From contig CM052832.1 in the NCBI GenBank assembly GCA_028534125.1, positions 25,358,001 to 25,422,000 on the forward strand: a DNA stretch of 64,000 nt. Reading direction: 5' to 3'. Shown one piece after another: positions 62,878 through 64,000 of the stretch. The notes under the pieces are model-generated. The model saw only the letters and a list, made by a program, of their open reading frames with translations. It made no database searches and was not told the origin of the DNA. Numbering within the stretch: the stretch's first letter is position 1; the number at the start of each line of letters is the position of its first letter. The translations under genes and the position numbers were made by a program. This stretch comes from Lama glama. Its lineage: Eukaryota.

Positions 62878-63222
62878 TGTTATGGACTGAATGTCTGTAT
62901 CCTCCCCCAAATTCGCAGATTGGAATCCTAACATAGGTTGAAAGCCTTTGGAAGGTGATGAGGTCATGAGGGTGGAGCCCTCATGAATGGGCTTTGTATC
63001 CTTATAAAAGAGACCCCAGGGAGCCCCCTCGTTCCTTCTACCATGTGAGGACCCAGAACCAGGAAGCAGGACCCCACAAGGCACTGGATCTGCTGGTGCC
63101 TTGATCTTGGACATTCCAGCCTCCAGAATTGTCAAAACTAAATTTCTGTTCAAATATAAATTTCTTTATATAAGCTACCCAGTCTATGGTATTCTGTTAT
63201 AGCTGCCCAAACGGACTAAGGA
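62878..63222 (+). mobile_element. MLT1A0-like solo LTR
   Basis: tgttatggactgaatgt...ggtcatgagggtggagccctcatgaatggg...ctgttatagctgcccaaacggactaag. Confidence 0.9.
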
Positions 63223-63263
63223 ACGACTCGAAGTGTGGTTGTCAGAATCTTATTAGCAACACA

Positions 63264-63390
63264 GGGTGGGTGGGTATAGCTCAGTGGTAGAGCACATGCT
63301 TAGTATGCACCAGGTCCTGGGTTCAATCCCCAGCACCCTCATAAACAAACAAACCAACCAACCTAATTACCTCCCCCCCCCCCAAAAGTG
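63264..63390 (+). mobile_element. Camelid tRNA-derived SINE (Vic-1-like) inserted in a MER5A remnant (about 63230-63495)
   Basis: gggtatagctcagtggtagagcacatgcttagtatgcaccaggtcctgggttcaatcccc; TSD tattag(c/t)aacac (63251-63262 / 63391-63402). Confidence 0.93.
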
Positions 63391-64000
63391 TATTAGTAAC
63401 ACGGAATCTTGGGTTCCACCTACTGAATCAGAATTTGCATTTTAACAAGAGATCCAGGTGATTCGTGTGCATAGTACAGTTTGGGAGGCACTAAGGCGAG
63501 AGACTCGGATGCCTAGGCAGTCCTGAAAATTTAAGGAAGGGCCACTGGTCTTCAGATCTTCACCATCATTGCTGAATAACTTAGTGAGCAGTCTTTTGGG
63601 GCTGATTAGAAGGCAGGCATTTCTGGGCTTCTCTTGCTCCATCAGAGGTCCCGCCACCACAGCGGACCTGGGTGGGCAGGTCCCTGCCACTCTCAAATCA
63701 CCAGCATCCTTTTCCAATCCCCTGAGAACCATCATACCTCAGATGCTTGGGGCCAACAATCTCCTCTTGCATCACTATTACTGGTCCTAAGGATGGAGGG
63801 AGGTAGCACCCAGGAGAGGCCCTACATGGGCTCACTAACCTGTCAGCCACACTATCTTTTCTGCCAGGCTCTGTGAAATGGGTTTCAGGTGTGGTTGGCC
63901 AGTGACTCCTGACACCTGGTTCTAGCAGTGAACTGGAGCCATCACCAGCAGCTAATCTATAAACACGGGGAAACACTAGAGAAAGCCAGTCTAAATGCAG

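Noticed and set aside
63264-63340. tRNA-like sequence with A and B boxes (and the six similar copies)
   Set aside because: Followed by SINE body, A-tail and TSDs; these are tRNA-derived SINE heads, not tRNA genes.

Overview
Mammalian genomic DNA from a gapped draft assembly, almost certainly a camelid (camel/alpaca/llama): it has seven copies of a tRNA-derived SINE matching the camelid Vic-1 family, plus young cetartiodactyl-type L1 3' ends. No host protein-coding exon can be supported; the only recognisable protein fragment is LINE-1 ORF2p (24706-24866). About half of the window is interspersed repeat (L2, MIR, MLT1/ERVL/ERV1 solo LTRs, MER DNA transposons, L1, SINEs). The main functional feature is a probable GC-rich promoter at about 8.1-8.75 kb, partly lost in a gap, with an ATG-free, minus-strand first exon ending at a splice donor at 8108. 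On that reading 1-8107 is intron 1 of an unidentified gene and the rest is upstream intergenic DNA with several repeat-free, enhancer-like blocks. Most notable observations: (i) a retrotransposed 28-nt tRNA-Asn 3' fragment carrying CCA, an A-tail and a target-site duplication (TSD), inside a MIR; (ii) plus-strand splice signals suggesting a divergent lncRNA, with one candidate exon bracketed by inverted SINEs; (iii) an overlapping STAT/NF-kB site in a HOX-motif block; (iv) unusually CpG-rich ancient repeats. I cannot establish a new biological system from sequence alone. Repeat subfamily names come from recalled consensus sequences and boundaries of old repeats are approximate.
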